A DNA stretch of 64,000 nucleotides. It comes from Lama guanicoe. Its lineage: Eukaryota. A model generated the notes under the pieces. It worked only from the letters and a program-made list of their open reading frames with translations, was not told where the DNA came from and searched no databases. The first letter of the stretch is position 1. The number at the start of each line of letters is the position of its first letter. A program made the position numbers and the translations under genes. Positions 36,501-48,024 of this stretch are shown piece by piece. The DNA is taken from positions 9,569,231 through 9,633,230 of the forward strand of contig MU054187.1 of NCBI GenBank assembly GCA_013239625.1, in the 5' to 3' direction.

Positions 36501-37684
36501 CTGGGTATGTGCTGTTCTGAGAAGAAATGTTCAGTCCCTTTTTTTGTTCTGTGAACCTGGTTCCCCTGAGCCAGCTGCTTCTTCTTTCTCATATTTGCAT
36601 CACAAAACTTGGGCACTGGATGGAACTGTAGCGTCCAATTCCCTCATTTAACGGGGAGGCTGATGACTTGTCCGACTGCAGTGGGCCAAGCCAGAGGAGA
36701 GCCTTTTAAAAATATATAAAATATAAAAGCTAGAGGCGGTGGCTTGTATCTCCCACCCTTGGAAGTGAGGGCTTAGCTGTCAACCAGGTCCACAAGGCTG
36801 TTTTGTGTCCAGGAAGGGCCAGCCCCAGCCTCACTCTGGCTGCAGGCCAGCAGGAGGGGGCCTCCCATCAGGTGCCAGGGTGGCAGTGCCTCTGACCACA
36901 GAAGCAGGCGGCCCGCCAGCAGGACACAGCCTGGACATCCCTACTCCTGAGCTCACTCCCATCCAATGTTCTGAGAGCCTGTTTTCACTCTTAAAAATAG
37001 AAACATAATGGAATTTTAAACTGCCTAGAAGAAAATTTTAAGCTAAGAAAATGGAACTTCTGCTTGGCCTCAACCAAGGTACAAAACAAAGAGGTTGGTG
37101 TGAAATCACTTCCTTGGTGGCAACTTAGGGAGACACGCCCGGGTGCTTCCCAGAGGAGGGGAGAAGGAGTTATTCTGCATCCTTGTGGAGAATCACGGTA
37201 CGTGGGGGAACAGTCCCTCCTGATGAAGTGCTCAAGCCTTACCATTGCTTGAGAAGGAAAGGAAGACACCTACTCCAAGAGGTGGCCACAAGTCTTGCCA
37301 TGTCAGAACATCCCCTCAGGCTCTAACCATCTTCTGCTTTGAATTAAACTTATAAAGGAGAAAAGAGACGGCCTGTTAAATACGGCATCCAACGTGGAAG
37401 TTCTTGGCAGTTCTTTTTGACGTGGGCTTTCTCTCATCACCTGTGCTAAAACATACGGCATAGGAGCCAGAGCTCCCATTTCTGGAACGGTGTGGGTCAA
37501 CCTGAAGGCAGAGCCTTCCTTTGGTCTTGCTTTTCGCAAGATTCACAGCTTCAAAACAACTTCATGTCAGAAAACACTGAAGCTGGAAAGACTGAGCTTC
37601 CTGAGTAAGATGAAGACAGATCAGAGAATTCTGTCACCCAACCAGCCAGGCTTATGAGGGAGGAGAAGGGCTGGACAGTAAGAA

Positions 37685-38603
37685 AGCTGTCCCTCCATAT
37701 CCACTGGAGATTGGTTTCAGGATCCGACCCCCGCAGGTACCAAACTCAGCTGATGCTCAAGTCCCTTACATACAATTGTTACCAAATAAGTCGTATGGAC
37801 CCTGCTGGGGCCCTAGCCCAGCTGAGGCTCTCTGCCTCGGTGTTAAAGGGTTCAAGCAGCCAAACAGCAAAAGCAAAGCTTTGATCCAACAAGCTTCATT
37901 CAGTGGCCAAAGAATGGAGAAGCAGTGGAACGAAGTTCACAGATCACCTTATCGCCCATGTGGCAGAGGGATTTAATTTTAAAGAGCAAAGACAAAGGGA
38001 GGAGGAGTGAGGCTAATGATGGGGAGGCACGTACATTAGTCCAACATGGAAGGCGCAGGGCTTTTCCAGGCAGTGGGGTGCCACCCCCTTTTTGGTCCTT
38101 AATGTCCAGTTCATTTAATATGCTAATGTAATTAAATCAGCATATAATGAGACTCAGGGTCTGTCAGAGGTCAGATTCATTGCCATCTTGGTCCCAGCTG
38201 GTTCCATCTGGTTTTTCTGTTTGTAGCTTGCTTTCTTACCTCAGGACCCTTTAACTTAAAGATTTATGTTAACTCTTGCTAAAGGTGGAGGCTGGAGGCT
38301 ATTGAGCAAAATCCTGGAGAGGCTTTGGCAACAAAATGGAATCATATTTGCATATAATCTCTAGGAACATCTTCCTGTATACTTTAAATCATCTCTAGAT
38401 TACTTATAATACCTAATACAATGTAAATATTATGTAAATCATTGTAGTTAGTATGTAAGTACTCTATGAATAGTTGCTGGAACGAGGCAAATTCAAGTTT
38501 TGCTTTTCGGAACTTTCTGGAGGTTTTTTTCCCCCCCAGTATTTTTAATCCATAGTTGGTTGAATCACAGATGTGGAAACTGTAGATACAGAGGGCCAAA
38601 TGC
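37685..38603 (+). mobile_element. MER2-like Tigger-family DNA transposon, split by an LTR
   Basis: Left arm GTCCCTCCATATCC...GATGCTCAAGTCCCT; right arm AAATGG...TACTTTAAATCATCTCTAGATTACTTATAATACCTAATACAATG...GATACAGAGGGCC. The arms are collinear across the LTR. Confidence 0.75.
37777..38333 (-). mobile_element. Solo ERV LTR (ERV1-like), 557 bp
   Basis: Termini TGTTACCAAA...TTTGGCAACA (9/10 inverted match); 4-bp flanks CAAT/AAAT; interrupts the MER2-like element cleanly. Orientation inferred from degenerate poly(A) and TATA motifs. Confidence 0.7.
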
Positions 38604-38624
38604 AGTCTTTCTAATACTTAGGTC

Positions 38625-38946
38625 AGCAGTGTCCAATTTAATATAACACATTCCATATATGTAATTTTAATTTGTCTAGAACCACACATAATTTTTCTAC
38701 TTTTTAATAGAAAAGCACAAAGAAATGGAAATTTAATTTTAATATTTTTATTTAGCCCACTGTATCCAAAACATTATCATTTCATCATGGAGCCAATATA
38801 AAAATTATTAGTGAAATCTTTTACATTTCCTTTTGTACTAAGTCTTCAGAATCTGGTATTTTACACTTAGAGCACATCTCAATTCAAACCAGCACCATTT
38901 CAGGGGCTGAACAGACACATGTGGTTAGTGGCTACCGTGCTGAACC
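38625..38946. mobile_element. MER3/MER33-like hAT-Charlie element
   Basis: CAGCAGTGTCCAAT...CACTTAGAGCACATCTCAATTC...CACATGTGGTTAGTGGCTACCGTGCTG; a related copy lies at about 53750-53970. Confidence 0.65.
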
Positions 38947-40080
38947 CCTCAGAATCAGAGAATCAAAAATAAAGGGAAAAGACAATTTAAGGACACCAGT
39001 ACTCAGGAAGGAGGCTGCTTGCCTATTGCAGTAGGGGAAGGGGGGGTCGTGGTTCTCTGGGAAGAGGCCCCTGCATGTATTGATGGGAATACCATTCTAA
39101 TCATCTTCATGGTCTTCACAGAGCCTGTTCCATCTTCACCCTGACCCTGTGAAATGCGGATTACTCTCTCCTGATTAACAGTAGGAAAACAGGGTCAGTA
39201 GTCTAAGCGTTGGCCCAAGGTCACACCATGGAGAAATGGATGTGGGATTCAAGCCCAGGGCCCTGACTCGTGCTGGCCATATGGTGCTCTGAAAGAGCCT
39301 GCTATCAGGGGATGATTCCTGAAACTCCAAGGGACTCTTGTGACTTCGTTCCATCCTGTCCCATCCAGATTTCACTCTTTTTTTTTTCCTCCTCTTTTTA
39401 GATGACCAATGACACACCACCCCAGTGCAGATGGACACCTGTACATATTTTCCAGTGTCATTTCTTAGAAATGCAGGGTTAGATGGGATCCAAGTTGCTG
39501 GCTCTGGGGCAACCGTGTCAGAAGTGGTTTTGGGAACCCCCTGGTGAGCCCCCTCTCTTTGTCCCATTCCTAACCCTAAGTAGGGACCGGCTGGGCTCTC
39601 ACCTGGTCCGCCTGTCCTCTCTCTCATACTCACTACAGACCTCTCCCAGCTCCTGGTGTCCCCGTCGTGCATATGGGCCAAATGTCATTGCCTGTGTGCA
39701 CTGCTCACTGCTTAAGTGATGGGGTGTCCTAATGTGCTTGACTCAGGGACATCACTGCAGGTTTAACAGAGGCCTCCTGGAGGGAACACCGAGAGTTAGA
39801 GGGGGAAAGGCAGTGGATCAGATGATCAAAGGATGGAGAGGGGTTTTCATAGAGCCTCCCTCTCATGTCTACTGGTCCAGGACAGTGGTGCTCTAGAATC
39901 AACATTCCATATAACAGGACATTTACCACTTCATCTAAATGGTGCGCAAACCTCAAGCCTGGGTATGTCATGTTAACTGTAGTTAGAAAGGGTCACACCA
40001 GGTGGTGGAGGCCCTAGGGCACGTGGCTATGGATAGAGTAAGGCTCTGCCCCACTATCTCCTACCACTGTCCCGCCATCT

Positions 40081-40117
40081 CACACACACAAACACACACA
40101 CACACACACACACACAC
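40081..40117. repeat. (CA)n microsatellite, one interruption
   Basis: Read directly. Confidence 0.93.
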
Positions 40118-40940
40118 TGTGAATCAACACCTGGGCAAGGAGCTGCCCATATCTCCTACCTGCCAGGTCTTGCTCTGCCCATGAACATGGGGCTAAGATA
40201 TAAACTGGGGGTTGTCCCGGGGGTCCCAGGTCCCCCCTCCTCCACACCATCCTTTCTCTCTGCACGTGCACACCCCCTGGACCTGGCACAAATCCATCCC
40301 TCGCTGACTGACATTCTTTGCATTCAGAGTCCTCCTAACAATGGGCAGCCGTGCTCGACAGACTGCAAACATCGCTCTGCTCTCTGCTCCCTGAAAGGCC
40401 AGATGGAAACTCCCGCTCATTTGTGGGCCCACATCTGACGGAGCAAAAGGCTTTTATCTCAGAAGGAAAGAGCCCAGTTCTGAGCGGCAGCCCCGCCCCC
40501 AAGCACACACAGAGTCAAAAAGACATTTGTCCAAAGGGCTCGTCACAGAGAAACCTTTTGTTCTGTTTGTTTCTTTTTTTTTTTTAAGAATTTTCTCTTC
40601 CCGCCAAAATGTCTGTACCCGCAGCAGCAGCAGGTCCATGGAAACACTGCCATCTGACCTGCTCGCACGTCCCTCAGCGCGTCCCATCTGCTGTCTGGCG
40701 CACACAAACGCGGGCCGACAGGTGATGCCAGCCGGTGCTCGAGCCCTGGGACCCACCAGGCGCTGGCAGTGAGTATTAACGGGCGCGCGCCTCTGACTCA
40801 GCAATTCTCAGCTCCCAGGAACGCGTCCAGGACTGCAATTCACAGGGGCCCAGAGACCCAGCTGCCGAGGATTCGCAGCACCACCTTCCTGCATAATAAC
40901 CCAAATCTGGAAACAGCTCTGACAATTAAGAATGGGTTGG

Positions 40941-41058
40941 ATATGTATGTATATGCATGACTGGGACATTGTGCTGTACACCAGAAATTGACACCGTGTA
41001 ACTGACAGTACTTAGGTAAAATAATAAATAAATAAATAAATAAATTAATTAAAAAAAA
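40941..41058 (+). mobile_element. Young 118-bp L1 3' tip
   Basis: L1 3' UTR end plus A-rich tail; perfect 13-bp TSD AAGAATGGGTTGG at 40928-40940 and 41059-41071; TT|AAGA endonuclease-type site. Confidence 0.85.
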
Positions 41059-41430
41059 AAGAATGGGTTGGGTTACATCAATTGTGGAAATAGCCACACT
41101 ATAAAAAACATGCAGTGATTAAAGATGTTGCTGGAGACCTGTGTTTGTTGGCATCAAAGGACATCCACAAAAACGTTCTTAAATTTAAAAAGCAAGTTAC
41201 AAAATAGTATGTACACTGTGATTCTATTATGTTATATTAAAATATATATTTATAGATATATATGTATGTATGTGTATAGAAAAAGTTTATACAGCAAGAT
41301 ATTAACTGATTTTTTCTGGATATTGAGTTCATGGTTGATTTTATATTCCTATTTTTGATGATCTGTATTTTCTGATTTTTACACATTTTCTATAATTGTA
41401 TAATAAAAAAGAAATTTTAAAAAAGTATGC

Positions 41431-41725
41431 TGGGGAAGGGGTGGGAAGGAATAAATTTGGGGGTTTGAGATTTGCAAATGATAACCACATATACAAAAAT
41501 AAAAAAACAAATTTCTACTGGATAGCACAGGGAACTATATTCAATATCTTATAATAAACTTTAATGAAAAAGAATATGAAAATAAATATGTATATATGCA
41601 TGACTAGAACATTATGCTGTACAGCAGAAATTGACACATTATAACTGACTATACTTCAATTAAGAAAGCAAAAAAGAAAGAAAGAAAGAAAAGAAAGAAA
41701 GGGCACCCAGATTGGAAAGTGAAAA
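41431..41725 (+). mobile_element. L1 3' UTR fragment with a compound tail
   Basis: GATAGCACAGGGAACTATATTCAATATC...GACTATACTTCAAT plus A/GAAA tail; near-perfect TSD AAAAAAGTATGC / AAAAAAGAATGC. Confidence 0.8.
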
Positions 41726-41739
41726 AAAAAAGAATGCCA

Positions 41740-42200
41740 GAGACAACAGCTCTCTCATCTACTTATTTATAGATATTACTGAAAGCTGTGGGCTAGATAA
41801 GGTTTTCTGAGGGGAGATACAGAAAGAGAAGAGGAGAGTCCAGGGCAGAGACCCAGGGACTCCAATATTTAGAGGTTTGACAGAGGAGAAGACAGGAAAG
41901 GAAACCAAGAAAAGGCAGCCAGTAAGAAAGGAGAAAACCAGAAGGATCCCAGGGGCCAAGTGAAGAGGTGGCTCAGGCTCTGTCACCTGTCCCTAAGAGG
42001 TCAGAGAATAAGATTAGGACAGCAACTTGGGCATCGGTTGGCAAGATGGAATTTTATCAGAATAAGAAGGAAGGTAAGGAAGTTGAGTTTTGCAGAGAAA
42101 TGGAAGCTGAGTGGTGTCTATGGTGGGGGCGGGGGTTGTTTTCTCCAAGTGGGAGATATTTCAACACTGTTGTAGGATGATGAGAACAATCAGGTAAGGA
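41740..42200. mobile_element. L2-like fragment
   Basis: Purine-rich L2-type text (GGGACTCCAATATTTAG...AGGCAGCCAGTAAG...GAAAACCAG...GGCCAAGTGAAGA). Boundaries approximate. Confidence 0.55.
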
Positions 42201-42280
42201 GGGAGTAGATGATCCAGGAGCGAGGGATGCTGGGCAGAGAAGGGAGGAAGAGAATTTGAAAAAAAATAGCAGGCACTCAT

Positions 42281-42398
42281 GGGGAAGGTATAGCTTAACT
42301 GGTAGAGTGCAGGCTTAGCATGCATGAGGTTCTGGGTTCAATCCTCAGTACCTTCTCTAAGAGTAAATAAATAAGTAAATCTAATTACCTACCCCCCA
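42281..42398 (+). mobile_element. tRNA-derived SINE (camelid type)
   Basis: A box TAGCTTAACTGG, B box GGTTCAATCC, tail TAAATAAATAAGTAAATCTAATTACCTACCCCCC. Confidence 0.8.
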
Positions 42399-42599
42399 CT
42401 GAAGAAAATAGGAGGAGGAGCTTTTGAAGGAGGAGAGGAGAAAGGGAAGAAAGAAGTCGGGGAGGGAAGGAAGAAGAAGTGTCTCCATTTTAGAATTGAG
42501 GAAATCAAAGCTCAGAAAGGTAAACATAGGTCTTCTGGTTCTAAACCCTGCATATAAACCAACCAAGATTTGCATATAAAGATGTGTTATATTATCAGA

Positions 42600-42728
42600 C
42601 ACATGACTAAGCCACAGGCGACTTGTATGATTTGCTTACACTTACTGTCCCTGTGTAGTTATTAATAGCATCACATTTCAAGGTCCAAACTGTCTTTGGG
42701 TTAGATGATCAATTATATGGTTACCCCA
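42600..42728 (-). mobile_element. hAT-Blackjack/MER94-like terminal fragment
   Basis: Reverse complement begins GGGTAACCATATAATT...GCTATTAATAACTACACAGGGACA, similar to the recalled MER94 end. Confidence 0.45.
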
Positions 42729-45283
42729 GTTATAGCTACCATATCAAGTCAACAAAGGCCCCCTAACTCCCTCTCCCCTGAAAACTCTCCCTTTGGCACC
42801 TGACAAATGAATGGAGTCCTTAGTGGACGCTGAGTTCCGACGTGGGGTGGGTACTTGGGTCAAAGCATTCAGAACAGTCTGCAAACTAAACATTTAACCT
42901 TTTTCATGCTTTCATATGGTTCGGTATCAGATTCTCACTTTTGACCATCCCTCCACAGCCCTTCAGTGTCACACAAGTGTGAAATGAACTGTATCATTTT
43001 TCAAATGTTTGCTCCTATTTTCTTATTTTGTTACTTTTTTACTGACTATACGGACCAGAATTTTTAACACCTTTTTTGAGGTATAATTTATATACCATTT
43101 TAAGTGTTTAATGCAATAGTTTTTAGTAAAGTCACAGAACTGTGACCAACACTACAGTAATTGGATTCATTTTATTTGTATAATGGAAATCTTTCATGTC
43201 TCGAGTTTCCTATTAACATGAATTATTTAATGCACACAGCTCCATCCCCAAATATATACTCTGTATATCTCTCCCTTGATCTCTCACCTTCAATTTTGCA
43301 ATAATTTGTATCTGTTTCAGGCAATGACTTCATCTCAACTCTTAAGAAATGGGAGTTATAAAATAAAATAATGATCATATTCCTGAGCATAACAGTTCTT
43401 TAGTATTTTTTTCCAGGACTCACTTATCTTATGTTTTCATGAAAAAGGGGGGGACATATCATAAATGAGATGACAGCTCTCTCCTTACAACGTAGGAGAC
43501 AGGTGATGGCTGACATCTGATGATTTAATACCGTGGCCCAGAGGAGTTCTGCCTCCCAAGTCCGTCTCATCAATCTCACCCAAGCATTGTATCTCCTTAG
43601 CCAGCTACTCATGCTTTGTGGTTGTCACTAAATAGACACCCTGCCTTGTCATTCAAAGCCATTTTCTCCGACGATAAAAGAGGAAAATGCATGCAGGGAA
43701 TGCAAAGGGCCTTGTTTCCCGTGCGTCTTTGTTCTTTGTCACAGTCAACATTCTAGTGAGGATTCCAGGTTGAAATTGGCTGATCAACTTCTCTTCCGTC
43801 ACAGAGCCTAAGAAGACACCATCGTGGCTGCACTGACTTCTGCCACTACCACGTTCTTATACATTAATATAATGCAACCAGCTACTCTGCTGGGTGGAGC
43901 GTCTGATAGCTATTGTGTCAAGAAAGCTTAATGGCAACAAGGTCTAAATCCTAACCTCTCATTGAGCTTCATGTCCCAGTTCACGGGCCACTGACCTCGT
44001 TCAAGAACATCGACAATACAAGGCAGTGCTTGGAAGAGACCAAAAGTCAGAGATCTTTCCAGAACCTTTCAGCAAAAAGCTACAAAGATGAAGTTTCTTG
44101 TCCAAGAGCTCCAAGAACCACTAGGAGTGGTTCTCAAACTTTTGATTTCATGGACCTGTAAAATTTCAAAAATATTGGGGATTTGGAGGCATGAGATAGG
44201 TTTGATGTCTGGCATTTTTTGCCAAAAAGGATATCCTCATTGTTTTAAAAAGAAAGATTATTTGAATACCTCCAAAACAGGAAGAACATAGTCTCAGAAT
44301 AAATGACTATTCAATACGTTAAATTTTGTTCTACTTAAAAACTTTACGCCCACCCACTTTCTTTGAATAAGAGCATATCCTCACCCCAGACTGATATTTT
44401 CTTTCATATAGACAATGGAATTAGTCAAAATTTGCTTCTAATTCTCTGCCCAGACCAAAAAATTGATAATAAAACAATCCCAAACTAGAATTCAGGCGAT
44501 TACAGATGGGGCTGCAATTCTAATGAATTCTGGAGATTCTGTGTTCTTATCCTGTTCGTCCCCACCTCCTTGATTTGTACCATGGCCTAGGGAGATAATT
44601 TCCTTTGCCACTCTTTCTCCATCAGCAAACCTGAGAAAACATTCATCTTTATCACCACATTGTAAAAAGTTACAGTAAGAGAAGCCGATTAAAGGACTCA
44701 AAACCACACAAATCAGCTCGTATTAGATCTAAAATGCTCAGCAATTGCAATAAATGTAGGTGTTACCATCACATCTATTCCTCAAATTCATTTATGACTC
44801 CCTGGTGACATATACTTTCTCTTTTAGAAGGTGAACAGCAAACCAAATATGAAAGGATAAGTCACATTTACCCTGTTACCTTGGTGAACTGATGTTTATC
44901 AACCACCTGCTGGTGCACTGCCCTCCCCGGGTCCTTGGAGAGAACAGACACGAATGTCTCTGAGAAGGAGGATGAGACATGGACCAGAGCACAGGCCTTC
45001 CAAGCCAAGTGCGGGGACTCGGCTAGGGCACAATGTGTGGCAACAACAGGGAGGTAGGATTTGCTCCCATCTCTTCCACAATCCCAGCCTTCTTTTGATT
45101 CCCAAACATTTTTGGTTTAGCTTTTCATTTTGAAATGATTTGACACTAAAAGAAAAGTAGCAAGAATAGTACAAGGAACTTTGTACCCTTGTACCAAAGA
45201 ACTTTTGGTGAACCCAGGTTCACCAATTGCTGGAATTTCAACCTTATTTGCTCTATCATTCTCTATTTCGCCTCTCTCTGAAT

Positions 45284-45285
<2 letters not shown>

Positions 45286-45348
<63 letters not shown>
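45286..45348. repeat. Perfect (AC)31 microsatellite
   Basis: Read directly. Confidence 0.95.
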
Positions 45349-45349
<1 letters not shown>

Positions 45350-45522
45350 TTTCCTTCAACTAAGAGAGTTGCAGACATCATGCTCCTTTATCCCTGAATA
45401 CTTTGGTGAGTACTTGCTAGGAGCAAAGATATTCACTTATACAATCATAGTACAATAATCAAAATCATGGAATTTAACAATAATATTATCTAACCTATGG
45501 ATTTTATTCAATTGTTGTTAAT

Positions 45523-45831
45523 TGTTATGGACTGAACGTGTCTCCCCAAAATTTGTATGTGGAAGCTCTAAGCTCCACTATTGTGACTTTATTTGGAGAT
45601 GAGTTTTCCAAGGGAGTAATTAAGGCTAATTGAGGTCATAAGGGTGGGGCCCTTAATCCAACAAGAGTAATGTTCTTTTTCAAGCCAGGAAGAGGGCTCT
45701 TCCTAGAAACTGAATATCCAGGCACCTTGATCTTGGATTGTCCAGCTTCCAAAACTGAAAAAATTAATTTCTGTTGTTTAAATGACCCAATCTATGGTAT
45801 TTTGTTATAGCAGCTGGAGCAGATTAATACA
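45523..45831 (+). mobile_element. MaLR solo LTR (MLT1A-like) inside an old L1 fragment
   Basis: TGTTATGGACTGAA...GGCACCTTGATCTTGGA...TTTTGTTATAGCAGC...AATACA; 5-bp flanks TTAAT/CTAAT. Confidence 0.8.
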
Positions 45832-47304
45832 CTAATGGTCCCAATAATGTCCATTATAGCAATTTTTCTCTGGCTCAGCATCCATTCTTCCTGGAAGTAT
45901 TAAAGCTCTTAGTCTATACACAGCATGAATCTTCACTTTTGTCCTGTACAACTGTGATTGCTACACATGGTCCACAGATAGAGTCTTGCACAGAGGAAGT
46001 GCTAAATGAATATTTGTTGATTGATTGAATGGGAATCAGTTTTAATTACTAGCTGCATTATAGCTTGAGGCCAATTGTTACTAAGTGAATTGAACCAGTG
46101 GCCTGTCTCATCCTGTTGCCAGAACAAATTTTCCCATTGCTCAGTGGGAATGATACATACTCATATCCTAGTCCCACATACAGTCTAGTTTTTAAAAAAT
46201 AATTCTTTGAGCATGCTCAGAGACATATAAGCTCCCGAACTCCTTCAGGATAAATTTCAACCTCTTACCAGGGTTTTAAAGACTCTTTGGGATCTGGCCT
46301 TAATCTGCATTTTCACTGTATTATTTCTTACTCATCAATGGTCTTACTTCTGCTAGTTGGGCTGTTTATTCTGAAAATCTGAGCAGGGTTTTCATTTAGA
46401 ATGACTAATTTAACTGATGGAATAATACAATAGATGGTCATTTGGCCAACAAGAATGCCTCACCTTTGTAGAAAATTCCATAGCTGACCGGCACATACAC
46501 ACTCATTACATCACTGCATCCTAACCTAGATTAGTAACAAAAAATGGCCTTTTCTATTTTATGAAAGAGGAGACTGAAATTTGGAGAGGATAAGTTTACC
46601 GACCTAGACTGGTGTCAGTCTGGGATGAGGCCCCGGCCTTCGGACCCTTGTCCAACTGTACCACCTCCAGACACCAGATGGAAAGGAGGAGGGATAAACA
46701 ATATAAGCTCTACTTTATAAATACGAAAACTCATTTAAGTACAGTGGGTGTCAGGATATGCCGCAAAATAAGTGCAACCTAGTGGTATTTGGAAATAAAA
46801 TTCGATTTTAGTTCTTCCACCAAGATGGCATAAATCAGATTCCAATGCCTTGAGAAAAAGATAAACCATTTGCTAGAATTTACTTAAATTCATAAATTAA
46901 ATTGTTGGTAGTTGGCCTTGCTTTATAAACACTTAAGACTTGAACAACTAATATTGCAATTTGTTAAGCCAGTAAAAATTCAAATGCAGGTAATTTTGTA
47001 TTTCCAGTTTTGCCTTATACTATTAAAGTAGCTTAATATTTCAGAAGATTTATGGGGAAAAAAAATCTCTCATGATCCCACAAATTCTAACATAACCATT
47101 GCTAGCTTAAAAGTGTTTCCTTTCGGTCTTTTATCAGATTCAAAAGTTTTACATTAGCACAATTATAGTTCTTATATTGCACTTTTGTTTCCACCACATG
47201 TTCTGTTTATACTTTTCTGTGTTTTTGCGAAGTCTGCAAATAGAGCGGGTCTGGGAATCAGAGGACCCAAATTCAAAACGCAGCTCTACCACTCATCACG
47301 TATC

Positions 47305-47636
47305 TGCAAAGGCAGGTGTAGGTCTTAGGGGGCCCAAAGCTTTTACAATTTGGGAGCCTCTTTAAGAATACAAAATTGAGAGCAGAACTGAACATTTGCG
47401 GGTATGAAAAAAGAAAATCACAACACATTTCGGAAGATTGGAGATTTCAATCTTTGCTTCTGACAGCTCTTTCGGCGATTTACCAGAAATGCTTGTACAG
47501 AAATGCTCTTTGATTACAATCTGGTTTCCCCTCCTGCCCTCTCCCCAACCCTGTGTGACTCCTGCACTCACAGGGGCCCATCCCAGTGGGGGCCCTGAAG
47601 TTTTAGCTTCGTTTTTGCGTTACAGTAAGTCCCTGT
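47305..47636. mobile_element. hAT-type MITE remnant inserted in a MIR; family uncertain
   Basis: Ends GGGGCCCAAAGCTTTTACAATTTGGG and GGGGCCCTGAAGTTTTAGCTTC; MIR-like sequence on both sides. Confidence 0.4.
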
Positions 47637-47934
47637 GAGTGTGATCTTCAGCAGGTCACAGAGTTTCTCTGGTCCTCAGTTTGCTCGTCTATAAAATGGA
47701 ATCATGATGGCTACCTGGGGAGAGTGCTGTGAGACCCAAATAACATAATGCAAAATTCAGTGCTGGAACCCATGGGGACCACACAGTCTAGTTATTGCTC
47801 CTGTAACGCCAGTGCATGGGAAGTGGAGGCTACATACGGGACGCCCTGCACTGCCCTGGCTCCTTGTAGAGACCAGGTCCCCTCCAGTGAGATTTTTGAC
47901 ATTTTTCAATCTATGCCTGCCTGCCTTATGTCAC

Positions 47935-48024
47935 CTTTTTTTTTTAATGGAGGTACTGGGGATTGAACCCGGGACCTCGTGCCTACTAAGCATGTGCTCC
48001 ACCACTGAGCAATACCCCCCATCC
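47935..48024 (-). mobile_element. tRNA-derived SINE (camelid type, short form)
   Basis: Poly(T) plus reverse-complement tRNA-like head; 12-bp TSD GCCTTATGTCAC at 47923-47934 and 48025-48036. Confidence 0.88.

Noticed and set aside
43440..44110. Unique-looking, balanced-composition stretch suspected to be a pseudogene
   Set aside because: The partial translations I tried gave nothing recognisable, and there is no poly(A) tail or TSD.
46773..46830. CTCF-like (CCACTAGGTTGCA, minus strand) and YY1-like (CAAGATGGC) motifs
   Set aside because: The CTCF match fails at a core G and the YY1 match is partial; too weak without ChIP data.
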